Of a DNA stretch of 64,000 nucleotides, positions 19,415 through 30,776 are shown in pieces (the first letter of the stretch is position 1; each line of letters opens with the position of its first letter). Position numbers and translations under genes: made by a program. The DNA is from Myxococcota bacterium (lineage in GTDB: Bacteria; Myxococcota_A; UBA9160; SZUA-336). The notes under the pieces are model-generated. The model was not told the DNA's origin, ran no database searches, and saw only the letters and a list, made by a program, of their open reading frames with translations. The stretch lies in the NCBI GenBank assembly GCA_965247115.1, contig CBDFGR010000003.1, positions 1,120,001-1,184,000 of the forward strand, given 5' to 3'.

Positions 19415-20272
19415 ATGCCCAACTTGAGCTGGACCGTCGGCGACGCGCGCATCACCCGCGTCGTCGAGATCGAGGCCGTGCTTCCCATGGAGGAGTTCCT
19501 CCCGCAGGCGACGCCTGCAGCACTAAAGCCCCACGTCGAGTGGCTCCGCCCCCACTTCCTCGACGAGGCAGGCAACCTCACCCTGTCGGTTCACGCCCTT
19601 CTCGTCGAGTCGTGCGGTCAGCGCATCATCGTCGACACGTGCGTGGGCGAAAAGCCGGTCCCTGGCTTCGAAATGCTGACCCCGGAGGTGTTCGATTTTC
19701 CCGACAGGCTGGCGGACGCGGGCTTTGCGCGCGAGAACGTCGACACCGTTCTCTGTACGCACCTGCACTTCGATCACGTGGGCTGGAACACGATGCGAGT
19801 GGACGATCGTTGGGCGCCGACCTTTCCGAATGCCCGCTACTTGTTCGGCCGAACCGAGTGGGACCACTGGCGGAACGAGGAGGACAGCCCCTTCACTTCC
19901 ACCCTCACCGACACGGTGGGCTGCATTATCGATGCCGGGCTCGCGGATCTGGTCGAGACAGACCACAAGCTGACGGATGAGGTGTGGCTGGAAGCCACGC
20001 CGGGCCACACGCCTGGTCACGTCTCGGTGCACATCGAGTCCGCAGGACAGCGCGCCATGATCACGGGAGACATGACCCACCACCCCGTGCAGTGGGCGGA
20101 GCCCGACTGGGGCATCTCTGCGGACGTGGATCCCGAGCGCGCAGCCGAGACACGCAGGCGCCTGATCCGGGAGCACGCCGACAGCTCGGTCCTACTGATC
20201 GGAACCCACTACGCGACCCCCACGGCAGGCTATCTCAAGCTGCATGAAGGGGGCTGCCGTTTCACGGTGTAG
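19415..20272 (+). CDS. MBL-fold metallo-hydrolase
   Basis: THLHFDHVGWN, TPGHTPGH. Confidence 0.92.
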   Translation: MPNLSWTVGDARITRVVEIEAVLPMEEFLPQATPAALKPHVEWLRPHFLDEAGNLTLSVHALLVESCGQRIIVDTCVGEKPVPGFEMLTPEVFDFPDRLADAGFARENVDTVLCTHLHFDHVGWNTMRVDDRWAPTFPNARYLFGRTEWDHWRNEEDSPFTSTLTDTVGCIIDAGLADLVETDHKLTDEVWLEATPGHTPGHVSVHIESAGQRAMITGDMTHHPVQWAEPDWGISADVDPERAAETRRRLIREHADSSVLLIGTHYATPTAGYLKLHEGGCRFTV

Positions 20273-20286
20273 CCGACCGGAGCTCC

Positions 20287-21585
20287 TCAGTCGAAGATTC
20301 GCTCGCCCGTTGACAAGGTCAGCCAGACCACGAGGCCCAACAGGTAGAGGCCCGCGGCGATGCCGAACACAAGGGCCCACGACCCGGTTGCATCGAGAAT
20401 GAAGCCAGTGAGCGTAACGCCGACGATCCCGGGAAGCGTGCCTGCCGTATTGGAAAGGCCGAGCAGCACGCCGGCGTAGCGGGGTCCGATGTCCAGGTGG
20501 TTTACGCCAAAGCCACCCAGCGCAAACGCCCCGAGCCCGGTCGCCGCGCAGATGCAGGCGATCGCGCCGACGGCAGAGCTCACAGCGCCCACCGCGAGAA
20601 GGGAGGCGGCGGCGCCGCCGAACCCGACCGTCTGCATCAGCTTCCGGGTGGTCGTCACCGAGAGCCCGCGCCGGATCAGGCTGTCGGCGACTATGCCCGC
20701 GACATTGATCATCGCGAACGAGACGAGGTGGGGCAGTATGGAGTAGAGCCCGACCTGCGCCAGGTCGATGCCCAGCTCCTGATTGACGAACACAGGGAGC
20801 CACGTGAGCAGCACGTAGAAGCCCCAGTTGTTGCAGAAATGGCAAATGATGATCGCCCAGACCGGCGCGCGGGAGAGGAGCTTGCCCCAGGGTGGGTTCT
20901 CGGGTCGAACTGCCGCGTCGGGAGTGCCGGCGCTGCGTCCGATCAGCTCGAGCTCTTCGGGCCGTATCGTGGGGTGGTCCTCGGGAAGGGCGGTCACCCG
21001 CAGCTGCCAGATCGCGAACCAGATCACACCGAGCGCGCCAAACGCGTAGAACGCCATCGGCCAGCCCCAGTACACCACGATGTAGGGCGTCAGGAGCAGC
21101 GCCCCGACCGTGCCGAGCGGAATACCGCTCGTGATCAGCCCAATCGCGCGAGTGCGCTCACCGCTCGGGATCCAGCGCGCGAACAGGCTGTAGATTGCCG
21201 GGAAGGTGACGCCCTCGCCGAGTCCCATCCCCACGCGGGCCAGGAAGAGGCCAAGGAACGACGCGACGGCGGCGGGCGGGGTCACAATCGTGAAGAAAGA
21301 CCACAGGAGAACTCCCGTCGCGAGCACGACCTTGCCGCCGTAGCGGTCCGCCAGCCAGCCGCCAAGGATCTGTGTCGCGAGGTAGCCGTAGAAAAACGAT
21401 GAAAGAACTACACCCTGGGTTGTGCGATCCCACCCGAACTCCTCCGCCATCGGGATGATCGCGACCGAGATGTTGACCCGATCGAGGTAGCAGATGAGCG
21501 CGGCGAGAAAGCAGAGACCTACAACCGTGTAGCGCCGGGGCCAGTAGCGGACCACTGATCTACTCCCATGGGAAGAGTTTGGCAC
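20287..21585 (-). CDS. MFS transporter, anion:cation symporter (ACS/SLC17-like); start uncertain
   Basis: CYLDRVNISVA, GGWLADRYGGK, GLGEGVTFP, NHLDIGPRYAG. Confidence 0.9.
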   Translation of the reverse strand: MPNSSHGSRSVVRYWPRRYTVVGLCFLAALICYLDRVNISVAIIPMAEEFGWDRTTQGVVLSSFFYGYLATQILGGWLADRYGGKVVLATGVLLWSFFTIVTPPAAVASFLGLFLARVGMGLGEGVTFPAIYSLFARWIPSGERTRAIGLITSGIPLGTVGALLLTPYIVVYWGWPMAFYAFGALGVIWFAIWQLRVTALPEDHPTIRPEELELIGRSAGTPDAAVRPENPPWGKLLSRAPVWAIIICHFCNNWGFYVLLTWLPVFVNQELGIDLAQVGLYSILPHLVSFAMINVAGIVADSLIRRGLSVTTTRKLMQTVGFGGAAASLLAVGAVSSAVGAIACICAATGLGAFALGGFGVNHLDIGPRYAGVLLGLSNTAGTLPGIVGVTLTGFILDATGSWALVFGIAAGLYLLGLVVWLTLSTGERIFD

Positions 21586-21652
21586 CTGGAGTGTATCTTC
21601 GATATCTACACGCGGTCTCCTTGGACTGACTCCCGTGACGGAGGCTCGGTCG

Positions 21653-22405
21653 ATGAGCACAGGCCAGCGCTACGACCGCATCGGTCACGGCTACGCTAGG
21701 CACCGGCGCGAGGACCCTCGCATCGCTGCGCGCATCCGTGCTGCTCTCGGCGGCGCAGAGTCCGTCGTCAATGTGGGCTCGGGGGCGGGCTCCTACGAGC
21801 CTACGACGCCTCTTGTCCTTGCCGTGGAGCCCAGCCAGGTCATGGTCTCCCAACGCGCTGCGAGCCGGACGCCGACGATCCGCGCCCTCGCTCAGGCCCT
21901 GCCCTTGCGCGATGACTCGGTCGACGCGGCGATGAGCGTGCTGTCGCTGCACCACTGGGCCCCCCATGCCGAGGCGGGTGTGCGCGAGATGCGCCGGGTG
22001 GCCAGGGAGCGCGTCGTGATCGTTACCATCGACGCGGAGGTCAGCGGAGAGATGTGGTTGATGGCGGAGTATCTGCACGAGGTCGCCGAGCTGGATCGGC
22101 GCATCTTCCCGCCAGTCGATGTGATCCGTGGCTGGCTCGGCGGTCATGCCGAGGTTGTTGTGGTGCCCGTACCCGCCGACACATGCGATTGGACGCTGAT
22201 GTCGTTCTGGGCGCACCCCGAGCGTGTGCTGGATGCCAGCGCTCGCGCCGCGACTTCGGGCTTTGCCCGAATGACGCCTCAGGTCGTTCAGCGCGTGGTT
22301 CGCGCGGTCACCGAGGATCTCCGGTCGGGCACCTGGGATGATCGCCACGGTGAGCTCAGACGGACAAAGGAGTTGGACGTCGGCTTGCGCCTTGTGGTCG
22401 GCTGA
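21653..22405 (+). CDS. Class I SAM-dependent methyltransferase
   Basis: VVNVGSGAGSYEP, AVEPS, LPLRDDSVD, SLHHW. Confidence 0.88.
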   Translation: MSTGQRYDRIGHGYARHRREDPRIAARIRAALGGAESVVNVGSGAGSYEPTTPLVLAVEPSQVMVSQRAASRTPTIRALAQALPLRDDSVDAAMSVLSLHHWAPHAEAGVREMRRVARERVVIVTIDAEVSGEMWLMAEYLHEVAELDRRIFPPVDVIRGWLGGHAEVVVVPVPADTCDWTLMSFWAHPERVLDASARAATSGFARMTPQVVQRVVRAVTEDLRSGTWDDRHGELRRTKELDVGLRLVVG

Positions 22406-22428
22406 GGCGGACGAGAGCTGGCGTCAGC

Positions 22429-23148
22429 TCACGGCGTGTGCTTCTGCAGGAACTCCACGACTGTGCGTCGCGTATCGTCCACCGCGTCCGGCTCTTTCCA
22501 ACGCTCCACGAGAGTCGCGTTCGGAGCGAGAGCAGCGACCTCGCGGGAGGTCACCTCGGGGTGGTACAGGTCGTTGCCGAGAAGGACCAGCATTGGGGTG
22601 GTGCAGGCCTTGACCCACTCCCGTGATACGTTGAAGACGAAGTCGCCGTCGTACATGTTGGAGCGGAACGATGCCCAGATCTCGTCAGTAACCTCGGGGC
22701 GAGTTTTGCGCAGGGCGTCGGCCCAGCCGTCGAACATCTCGTAGAAGGCCTTGCGGTTGTCGTGGCAGCCGATCGTCTGCTGGAGTACGGCGGCAGCGAC
22801 GCGGCCCGGCGCGGCCTCCACGACGCCAAGGCAGTACGGACCGCCGATGCACCCGCCCAGCACGTGGCAGCGCTCGGCGCCAAGGTGATCTAGCAGTGCG
22901 AGGTGGTCGGCGGTGTAGGTGTGCCAGCCGTCCTCGCCCGAGATCGGGGCGGTGGACCGGCCGGCGTTGCGCTGGTCCATGGCAATGACTCGGAAGTGGG
23001 GAGACAGGGTCTCGATGGGGTTCCAGGGGCCGCTCTCCCAGAAGGGGATTGCGGATTGCATGCCGCCCGGAGCGAAGAGCAGAACGGGAAACCCCTCGCC
23101 GAACTCCTCGTAGTAAAGCCGGGTGTCGTCGCGCTCGAAGGTCGGCAT
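22429..23148 (-). CDS. Alpha/beta hydrolase-fold protein
   Basis: LYYEEFGEG, DQRNAGRS, nucleophile elbow GGCIGG; RBS GGAGG before ATG 23148. Confidence 0.88.
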   Translation of the reverse strand: MPTFERDDTRLYYEEFGEGFPVLLFAPGGMQSAIPFWESGPWNPIETLSPHFRVIAMDQRNAGRSTAPISGEDGWHTYTADHLALLDHLGAERCHVLGGCIGGPYCLGVVEAAPGRVAAAVLQQTIGCHDNRKAFYEMFDGWADALRKTRPEVTDEIWASFRSNMYDGDFVFNVSREWVKACTTPMLVLLGNDLYHPEVTSREVAALAPNATLVERWKEPDAVDDTRRTVVEFLQKHTP

Positions 23149-23253
23149 GGAGACTTCCTCCTGATTGGGCGTCGTGCCCGTACCCCCGAGCATAGCGCGT
23201 CTGACTGGCCGAGTTCCTCCCTCGCGGGCCCTCGAATGGCCTATCCTCACAGC

Positions 23254-24093
23254 ATGCCGATCATCGACGCGCAGGTACACGCCTACGAGAAGGACCACAC
23301 CGAACGCCCGTGGGCCGCCGTATTGCAGGGTCCACCCGAGGTAACCGGCGACGACATGGTGGTCGCGATGGATAAGGTAGGCGTCGACGGGGCGCTCCTG
23401 GTCTCGCCCTGGACCATGTACCGCTTCGATGCCAGCTACGCGCTCGAGGTGTACGAGGCGCACGCGGGGCGCTTCGGGCTGATCAAGCCCGTCAATCCCA
23501 ACGAGGACGACGTGGCCGATACGATCGCGGAGTGGGCCGAGACGCGGGGCGCGGTCGGCGTGCGGATCATGATGCTGGGCAACGTTTCGACCGATCCGGA
23601 CGATACAGGCCTGAATCGGGTTCTGACCGCTGGCACGCAGCATGGCCTACCGGTGAACATCCTGTGCTGGGGCAAGCTCCCGCTGCTGGGTGAGCTCGCG
23701 CGGCGTCACCCCGACACCCAGCTCGTCGTCGATCATCTCGGGCTCCCGCAGCCCTTCGAGCCGCCCGCACCCCCGGAGCCGTTCGCCGATCTGCCCCAGC
23801 TCATCGATCTGGCCCGGTACGACAACGTTGCGGTGAAGGTGACCGGCGCGTGCACGCTTTCGCACCGGCCGTTTCCCTTCGACGATCTGTGGGAACCCCT
23901 GGGCCGGCTGTTCGACGCGTTCGGTTTCGAACGCTGCATGTGGGGCACCGACTGGACCCGAGCCGTCGAGCTGTTGACGTACGAGCAGGGCGTCGAGGCC
24001 TTCCGGACCACCGACCAGCTATCCGACGAGGACCGCTCGGCCCTGATGGGCGGCACACTCCAGCGTATCTACAACTGGTCGCCGACGACCTAG
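23254..24093 (+). CDS. Amidohydrolase_2 family protein (lactonase-like)
   Basis: IIDAQVH, VVDHLG, RCMWGTDW. Confidence 0.88.
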   Translation: MPIIDAQVHAYEKDHTERPWAAVLQGPPEVTGDDMVVAMDKVGVDGALLVSPWTMYRFDASYALEVYEAHAGRFGLIKPVNPNEDDVADTIAEWAETRGAVGVRIMMLGNVSTDPDDTGLNRVLTAGTQHGLPVNILCWGKLPLLGELARRHPDTQLVVDHLGLPQPFEPPAPPEPFADLPQLIDLARYDNVAVKVTGACTLSHRPFPFDDLWEPLGRLFDAFGFERCMWGTDWTRAVELLTYEQGVEAFRTTDQLSDEDRSALMGGTLQRIYNWSPTT

Positions 24094-24213
24094 TATCGGA
24101 CCACCTTGGCGGCTCCCGAACGGTCGACGGCGGGGGCCGTCGGCCTATACAATGTCACCGTGATCGTACCCCTCGGGCTAATCGAGAGCGCTGCGGCGGG
24201 CTGGGGCTGACGC

Positions 24214-25194
24214 ATGCGCATCGCCGCCTGCACTCGCCGGATACCCCGGATCTACAAGATCCTCAAGCAACAGCTTCCTGACGACGAGGTCCTTGACTGC
24301 GATCGCTCGGAGGTCGTCGAGCTCGCGCCCACGGTAGATGTCTTCATTCCGACGAACGTGCCGATCCCGGCCGCCGCCTTCGCCAACGACCGAGTCAAAC
24401 TCGTTCAGCAATTCGGTGTGGGATTGGACATCGTCGATATTCCCGCGGCGACGCGAGCCGGGGTGCTCGTCGCAAACGTCTCTAGCGTCGGGACCGGCAA
24501 TGCAGAGTCCGTTGCAGAGCTCGCGATTGCTCACATGATGATGCTGTCGCGGCGAATCCCTGACGCCATTGAGCGCTTCCGAAAGGGAGACTTCGCCGCA
24601 ACTCTGGGGCAGTGTCTTTGGGGCGGGACGGTTGCCATCCTGGGTTACGGTGGGATCGGCGAGGAGATCGCCCGTCGCCTGGCGGGTTTCGGAATGAAGA
24701 TCATCGCGGTTTCGCGCCACGGCCCGAGCGGGCCCCGGGAGCGCGATTCGTCGGTCCGCCCCGACGAGCACGTCGGAGCCGAGAAGATGGGCGACGCGGT
24801 GGCCGACGCGGACTTCGTCGTGGTCGCGGCACCGGCCACGCCAGAGAATATCGGGTTGATCGGCGAGTCCGTCTTCGCGCGCATGAAGCCGAGCGCATTG
24901 GTCGTCAACATCGCGCGGGGGCCGGTGATCGACTACCAGGCGCTCCTGCGGGCCCTGCGCGAGGGCCGCGTGGCGGGCGCCGGCCTCGACGTATTCTGGA
25001 ACGAGCCCTTCAGCCCCGACGATCCGCTGCTGAGCGAGAACGTGATTCCCACACCTCACATAGGCGGTGGAACCGAGCGCAGTCTGTGGGGAATTGGGCG
25101 GGTTGCTGTGGAGAATATCCATCGCGTGAGGCGCGGCGAACTCCCGCGCAACTGCGTGAATCCAGAGGTCGGAGTCGACCGCCTCAGGGGCTGA
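24214..25194 (+). CDS. D-2-hydroxyacid dehydrogenase
   Basis: GYGGIG, VNIARG, AGLDVFWNEP, TPHIGG. Confidence 0.92.
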   Translation: MRIAACTRRIPRIYKILKQQLPDDEVLDCDRSEVVELAPTVDVFIPTNVPIPAAAFANDRVKLVQQFGVGLDIVDIPAATRAGVLVANVSSVGTGNAESVAELAIAHMMMLSRRIPDAIERFRKGDFAATLGQCLWGGTVAILGYGGIGEEIARRLAGFGMKIIAVSRHGPSGPRERDSSVRPDEHVGAEKMGDAVADADFVVVAAPATPENIGLIGESVFARMKPSALVVNIARGPVIDYQALLRALREGRVAGAGLDVFWNEPFSPDDPLLSENVIPTPHIGGGTERSLWGIGRVAVENIHRVRRGELPRNCVNPEVGVDRLRG

Positions 25195-25220
25195 GCGAGT
25201 TCGGCCGACCGAGTGGTCTG

Positions 25221-25607
25221 TCAGCCTCCCGCCCGGACCGCCCGATGTCCGCGCTCGACGAGGAACACCATGACCTTGTCACAGTGGTCGCCCTGGATCT
25301 CGATCACGCCTGCCTTGACCGCGCCGCCGCTTCCACAGTGGCGCTTGAGCTCGGAGGCGAGGTCGCGCAGCTTGGACGCCGGGAGCGGAACTCCCGAGAT
25401 CGTCGTCACGGTCTTGCCTCTGCGACCCTTTAGCTCACGTCGGACCCGCACTTTGCCGTCTGTCGCCGCGGTTTCGGGCGTGGCCTTGTGGCGACAGCGA
25501 CACTGCGCATGGGGCTGGCCGCAGTTCCGGCAGAGCCGTCCGCCCTCCGTCGAGTAGACCAGGGTCGAGCCGTCAGGTTGCCTGGGATCGCGTGTTCGAG
25601 AGCTCAT
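25221..25607 (-). CDS. yciH: SUI1/YciH translation initiation factor homolog
   Basis: LVYSTEGG, KGRRGKTVTTISG, LKRHCGSGGAVK, IEIQGDH. Confidence 0.9.
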   Translation of the reverse strand: MSSRTRDPRQPDGSTLVYSTEGGRLCRNCGQPHAQCRCRHKATPETAATDGKVRVRRELKGRRGKTVTTISGVPLPASKLRDLASELKRHCGSGGAVKAGVIEIQGDHCDKVMVFLVERGHRAVRAGG

Positions 25608-25693
25608 CCGCTTGTGAAGTGCGTGGGGGACCGGAGGTAACTGCCGACGTCGATTTCCGCCAGGCCGCAGGGGGGCACCCTGGGTGAATCCGT

Positions 25694-26458
25694 CTAGATG
25701 TGGTCGAAGAGAACGTGCTCCTTCCCCGTCCAGATCGAGGAGCGTCGGAAATCGATGAACTTGCTCTCGTCCTCCACGGCGCGCCGGCCCGCCGCCTCGA
25801 CCTCGGGACCCCGCCGCGACGAGCTGCGGTCGAACCACACCTCCGCGTGCCCCATGTAGGGCTCGGTCTGCGTGCCGCGGGCCTCCCTCAGCGCACTCTC
25901 GAACTGGCTCTCGAATCGGTGCACCTGCTGGTAGCGCAGGATCCCGCTGGCCGCGGCCTGGGAGCGAATGATCGGGCCGTGGCTAGTGCGCCAGTAGAGC
26001 TGGGCGTCCTCGACTTTGAGGCCACTCGGGGGCCTCAGGGGGAAGTAGAGCTTGACGATGGGGCTCTTCTCGCGCGCGACGATGTTCTCCGGCGTCGGAT
26101 TCACCTGTGGGTATTCGTACGCGAGCCAGACCGGCGAGTGGGCAAGGTCGATGAACTCGCGCTCGTCCTCCACGAGCACGTTCCCCGGCTCGGGATCCTC
26201 GAATGCCGTCGCCAGACTCGCCTCGCTCTCCCACCAGGCCTCCGCGACGCCGTCGTACCCGGGCTCCATCTCGCCGCGCGCGCCCGCCAGGCGGCCATCG
26301 AGCGAGTCCTCGATGGAGTGAACCTGAATGCAGCGGAGCATGTTGAGCCGCTTCGAGAAGCTGGCCACGAGCGGTCCGTGCCGGTCCCGCCAGTAGGTCT
26401 GGAACTCGTCCAGTGATAGCCCTGACTTGCGCCGGAGCAGAAAGGTGAGCCGGATCAT
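25694..26458 (-). CDS. EthD-domain protein (two domains)
   Basis: EFQTYWRDRHGPLV, YDGVAEAWW, EDEREFID, repeated in the second half. Confidence 0.85.
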   Translation of the reverse strand: MIRLTFLLRRKSGLSLDEFQTYWRDRHGPLVASFSKRLNMLRCIQVHSIEDSLDGRLAGARGEMEPGYDGVAEAWWESEASLATAFEDPEPGNVLVEDEREFIDLAHSPVWLAYEYPQVNPTPENIVAREKSPIVKLYFPLRPPSGLKVEDAQLYWRTSHGPIIRSQAAASGILRYQQVHRFESQFESALREARGTQTEPYMGHAEVWFDRSSSRRGPEVEAAGRRAVEDESKFIDFRRSSIWTGKEHVLFDHI

Positions 26459-26581
26459 GTTGGCCTCCTCGATGCGGGCCGACCTGAGCAGAGCCCGCAC
26501 CACCCAGTATGGCCTGGCCATTGTCAATACCTCAAGAATTCTCGTAGGCTACCTATCCGCCTCGAGCGCGAAGGGGACTCC

Positions 26582-27673
26582 ATGCACGTCGGCTACACCT
26601 CTATGTTCCAGAATCCGTTCAACGCACTCGCCGATCACGAGGTGTACCGCGAGGAGCTGCAGCTCTGCGATCTCTCGGTTCAGCTCGGCTTCGAGTCGTT
26701 GTGGACCGTCGAGCATCACTTCGACGACTACACGATGTGTCCCGACGTTGTGCAGTTCCTGTCTTACATGGCCGGTCGCCATTCGGACGTCCTGCTCGGC
26801 TCCGGCGTGATTGTCTTGCCGTGGCACGATCCCCTTCGGGTGGCTGAACAGGTCGCCCTGCTCGACCACCTCTGCGACGGTCGCATGATCCTCGGTCTCG
26901 GTCGCGGGCTCGCCCGGATCGAGTACGAGGGCTTTCGGGTCGACATGAACACCTCGCGAAAGCGCTTCGTCGAGTATGCCCGTCTCGTGTTGGAGTCACT
27001 CGACAAGGGCTACATGGAGTACGAGAACGAGTTCGGCACGCAGCCCCGCCGCGAGATCCGGCCGCAGCCGCACCACCCGTTCCGCGGGCGCACCTACGCC
27101 GCCGCCGTGTCGCCCGAGTCGATGCCGCTGATGGCCGAGCTCGGAATAGGGGTCCTGATCGTCCCCCAGAAGCCCTGGCCCGTGGTCGTGGACGACCTGG
27201 CTGAGTACAAACGCGTCTACCAAGAGGTCAACGGCTCCGACGCTCCGCCGCCGTTCTGCGGTGGGTCGATCGTGGTCGACGAGAGCTCCGACCGGGCGGA
27301 GGAGCTGGCTCGCAAGTGGATCGGCGAGAACTACTCGACCGTCCTGCGGCACTATGAATTCGAGGACGCTCCGCACAAGGGGGTGAAGGGCTACGAGTTC
27401 TACACCGGCATCACGAAGCACCTCGAGAAGCGCGGCAAGCAGGGCGCGATCGACGACTACGTGAACCTGATGCCCTGGGGCACGCCCGCACAGGTTCTGG
27501 AGAAGTACGAGACGATCTACAATGCCGTGGAGACGAACGCGGTCATGCCGAGCTTCAGCTTCGGCGGCATGCCCTTCGAGACGGCAGAGGGCAGCATGCG
27601 CCTCTTTGCCGAGAAGTGTCTCCCCGAGCTCAACAGCTGGGACACCCTCCCGCTCAACATTCCCCCCAGCTGA
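26582..27673 (+). CDS. LLM-class flavin-dependent monooxygenase
   Basis: WTVEHHF, LPWHDPLRVAEQ, GRMILGLGRG. Confidence 0.9.
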   Translation: MHVGYTSMFQNPFNALADHEVYREELQLCDLSVQLGFESLWTVEHHFDDYTMCPDVVQFLSYMAGRHSDVLLGSGVIVLPWHDPLRVAEQVALLDHLCDGRMILGLGRGLARIEYEGFRVDMNTSRKRFVEYARLVLESLDKGYMEYENEFGTQPRREIRPQPHHPFRGRTYAAAVSPESMPLMAELGIGVLIVPQKPWPVVVDDLAEYKRVYQEVNGSDAPPPFCGGSIVVDESSDRAEELARKWIGENYSTVLRHYEFEDAPHKGVKGYEFYTGITKHLEKRGKQGAIDDYVNLMPWGTPAQVLEKYETIYNAVETNAVMPSFSFGGMPFETAEGSMRLFAEKCLPELNSWDTLPLNIPPS

Positions 27674-27694
27674 CAAACGGAGGACCCCCCCAAA

Positions 27695-28156
27695 ATGAGT
27701 CGATCGGTCTCCATCTGGCTCGCGACTGCATTGGCGCTGGCATCCCTCGGTTGCCAGCCCTCAGAGACCAGACCCGGCCTATGGCTGAATGGTGAAAGTG
27801 TCGAGGCACCGGTTGCAGACTGGAGCTTCACGGACGCCTTCCAGAGCGTCTTCATCCAGACGAGTCCCTGGTACGGCCTCCCCCACTCCGTGACCATCTG
27901 GTGTGCCGCGCAGGATGGCGAGCTGTTTATCGGGTCGTACATCGAGAAGAAGACCTGGGAGAAGTACCTGTTGCGAACTCCCGAGGCGACGCTTCGCGTC
28001 GACGGGAAGCTCTACGAGGTCGTCGTGAAGCCCGTCGAGGATCAAGCGCTTACCAGAGTGCTCGATCGCGTCTACACACAGAAGTACGACATGCACGCCG
28101 TCTTCGGCGACGACGTCCCCGAGTGGTGGTACTACCGAGTCCAGAGCCGAACGTAG
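27695..28156 (+). CDS. Hypothetical lipoprotein (possible split-barrel/DUF2255-like fold)
   Basis: SLGC lipobox, RPGLWLNGE, PHSVTIW. Confidence 0.55.
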   Translation: MSRSVSIWLATALALASLGCQPSETRPGLWLNGESVEAPVADWSFTDAFQSVFIQTSPWYGLPHSVTIWCAAQDGELFIGSYIEKKTWEKYLLRTPEATLRVDGKLYEVVVKPVEDQALTRVLDRVYTQKYDMHAVFGDDVPEWWYYRVQSRT

Positions 28157-28174
28157 GCGCGAACCGGGTTACCC

Positions 28175-30770
28175 CTAGTTTCCGAAGCGATACCTCAGCT
28201 TGACAACGAAGTTCTCGACGATGGGATCTCTGAAGGCATCTCGGAACAGCTCGGGAAAGCCAGAGTCGCCGCTTCGCTGCAAGCTGTTGCCCAGGTTGTA
28301 GACGATATAGAGATCCGTCAAAGGGGCTATCTCCCAACGATAACGCAGCTGTGCGGTGACAATACTCACCGTGAAATCGTGATCGGGTAACGTAGGCTGC
28401 GCTGGTACCAGGTCTCCATCGCCGACCGGCACCTCAAGGAATCCGCGCTCAGTGGCTCGCACGCCTACCCATTGCAGCGACAACCGCAGCTGATGCCTGG
28501 GCGCCATGAACCAGTTCAAGTTGAGAGTCGGTTGCCAATCCCGCGCGCGGTAACTGCCAAAGTTGCGGCCACCCTGGTAGACGATCCAACCGCGGCGATC
28601 CTTGTAGCGCAGATCCAGGTCGAGTGAGAGCCAATCATTTGGACGATAGGTCACACCAGCGGCAGCGGTGTAGGACCAGTCGCCGAGATTCTCCTGCAGC
28701 GCACCGATGCTTGCGGAGTAACTCAGCTTCTTACCCGCATCCGTGGCGATCTGAATGTCTGCCCACCAGCGGTCTTCGGTCCTGTAAGCGCCGTTCCCGC
28801 GGCTGTCGACGTCTTCCCATCGTCTGGGCAGATAGGCGAGCGCGGTCTCGAGCGTGTTGCGGCCCCGTAGGATCATCGAGTTTCGCCAATACACGCCGCT
28901 GTCCACCACCTGGCCCTCGCTAATGTTGTACTCCTGGCGAAAGATCACGGTACCCCGAATGTCTTCGAGGTGACGGGGGCCTTTGGCCTTGTTGTACGAG
29001 AGTATGTACTGAGCACCCACGTAATCGTTCCGGCGCAGGAAGCCCGCGTCGTTGAGTTCGACGTCTTCGTCGAAGTAGTCGAGCTCGATCTTGTGCTGGA
29101 TCCTGGGATTTTGAGAGTACCGGAGATCGAAGAGCACTCCGTAACCCGATCGATCGTCAACATCACTGGACACCAGCTGCGCATCAGCAATCCACCTGCC
29201 GTCGGCGCTCGTGAAGTGACCATCGACACCGTGAACGATCGCGTCATAAACCGGTCCGCTCACGAGCGTGCCGAGGTAACCAACGGATTTGCGGCTGGAG
29301 CCGACACTCTCGTAGAGTATTCTGGCCACGCTGAAGTCGCGACCCGAGTCCTTTATGCCAACGCTGTTGCCCACCGCATCGGTGCCGAACCAATCAACAT
29401 CGTCTTCCACCGCGCCGAGTACTCCGTACCGTAAGCTCCCAACAGTTCCAGTGAGCTTGGCCGCACCGAGCAAATCGGTAGGTAGATCCCGCTCACCGGG
29501 GTCAGGCGTGACGCCGTCCGGCAGCGTCACTTGAGTGGCGGTCCCACCAATGCGTCGAGTGTCTAGCAACGAAATGGGCGCTGTCAGAAACTCCGACCGA
29601 GATACGCTTCGCGATGCGGTCGAGGCGTTGCTGTTGCTCATTGCGATAAAAATGCTGCTCAGGTTCGATCGAGGGGTCGACTCGAAGACCTCATTGCCTT
29701 CCAGGAAGAACACTCTCTTTTCGGGAAAAAACGTCTCGAAGGCAGTTAGGTTGAGAACCACGTCATCGGCTTCAACAGCTCCGAAATCCGGATACGCGCT
29801 AGCCGTCAACCCTAGCTCGGATGAGGGTTTCCACGTTACGTCGGCACCAACTCGAACCTCGTCCTCATCTCGCGCTTGGTCGATCGTGGCAGAAGTGTAT
29901 GGAATGGCATAAAACAGCTGCGTCGGCTGTACACCGGTCACTTCCATCGTATTCAAGGCGGTAACGAATTGCCGTGACGTAGGCGGATGACCGGGCCATT
30001 GGTACATTTTCTTGTTATGTGAGACTTGCCGAACTACCGCAAAACCGAGCTTTCGCGGCCCCTCGATTTCACGCAGGTTCATCATCGACCAGGGCAGCAG
30101 CATCTCCGCACTCCAGCCCTCGTCGAAGCGGGCGGACTTGGCTATCCAATGCCCGTCCCAGTCCATTTGGTAGTTACGCTCTGGCAGAACCTTGCCATCC
30201 ATCATCGAATCGCCGAGTGAAATGAGGAATTCGTACGCATACAGACCCTCACCCGTAGTGTCGAGCGTAATCCCAAAGCTATCCCGATCGGATAAATTCG
30301 TCGCGGTTCGTCATCCGAGCAACCAACGTGTCCGGAGGCTGGTACATGACAGCACTGACCATGAGCCCCCGATCCGTGGCCAATATCCGCATCTCAGTGG
30401 GGTAGTCTGCCGGTTCACCGGTACCCGGTACGTAAGACAAGAGGTTGTCGTAGGCGGGTACTTGCTGCCAGAGGGGTTCGTCAACACGCCCGTCGACGAC
30501 GATGTCGACTTCGCTTTGTGGAAGACTCGCTACCAGGATGTGGTGGCGCGGTATGCCATCGATAACTTCGATGACTTCCTGACGAGCGGCAGCGCTCGTC
30601 GACTCCGCCGCCGGCGCGGTGCCAGCCAGGCCCGTGGCAAGCGCCGCACAGAGAAGGAGACAAAGCAAAGGCTCGCGCTTCGCGACGGATCGCCCATGTT
30701 CTGGTGAATGCGCCACGCGAGTCCCTGTGTTCCGGAGGGCCGTTCCGCGAGCGAAGTTCAGCCGGAACAA
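28175..30770 (-). pseudogene. DUF5916 / CBM9-like outer-membrane protein, split by one extra base near 30290 (pseudogene or assembly error)
   Basis: ORFs 30279-30770 and 28175-30205 join as EFI-DRDSFGITLDTTG if one base is removed; PDFGAVEADD..LNLTAFETFFPEKRVFFLEG; ends KLRYRFGN. Confidence 0.8.
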
Positions 30771-30776
30771 GTTGGA

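Noticed and set aside
23149..23643. N-terminal extension of the alpha/beta hydrolase ORF
   Set aside because: Antisense to the amidohydrolase; the RBS supports ATG 23148.
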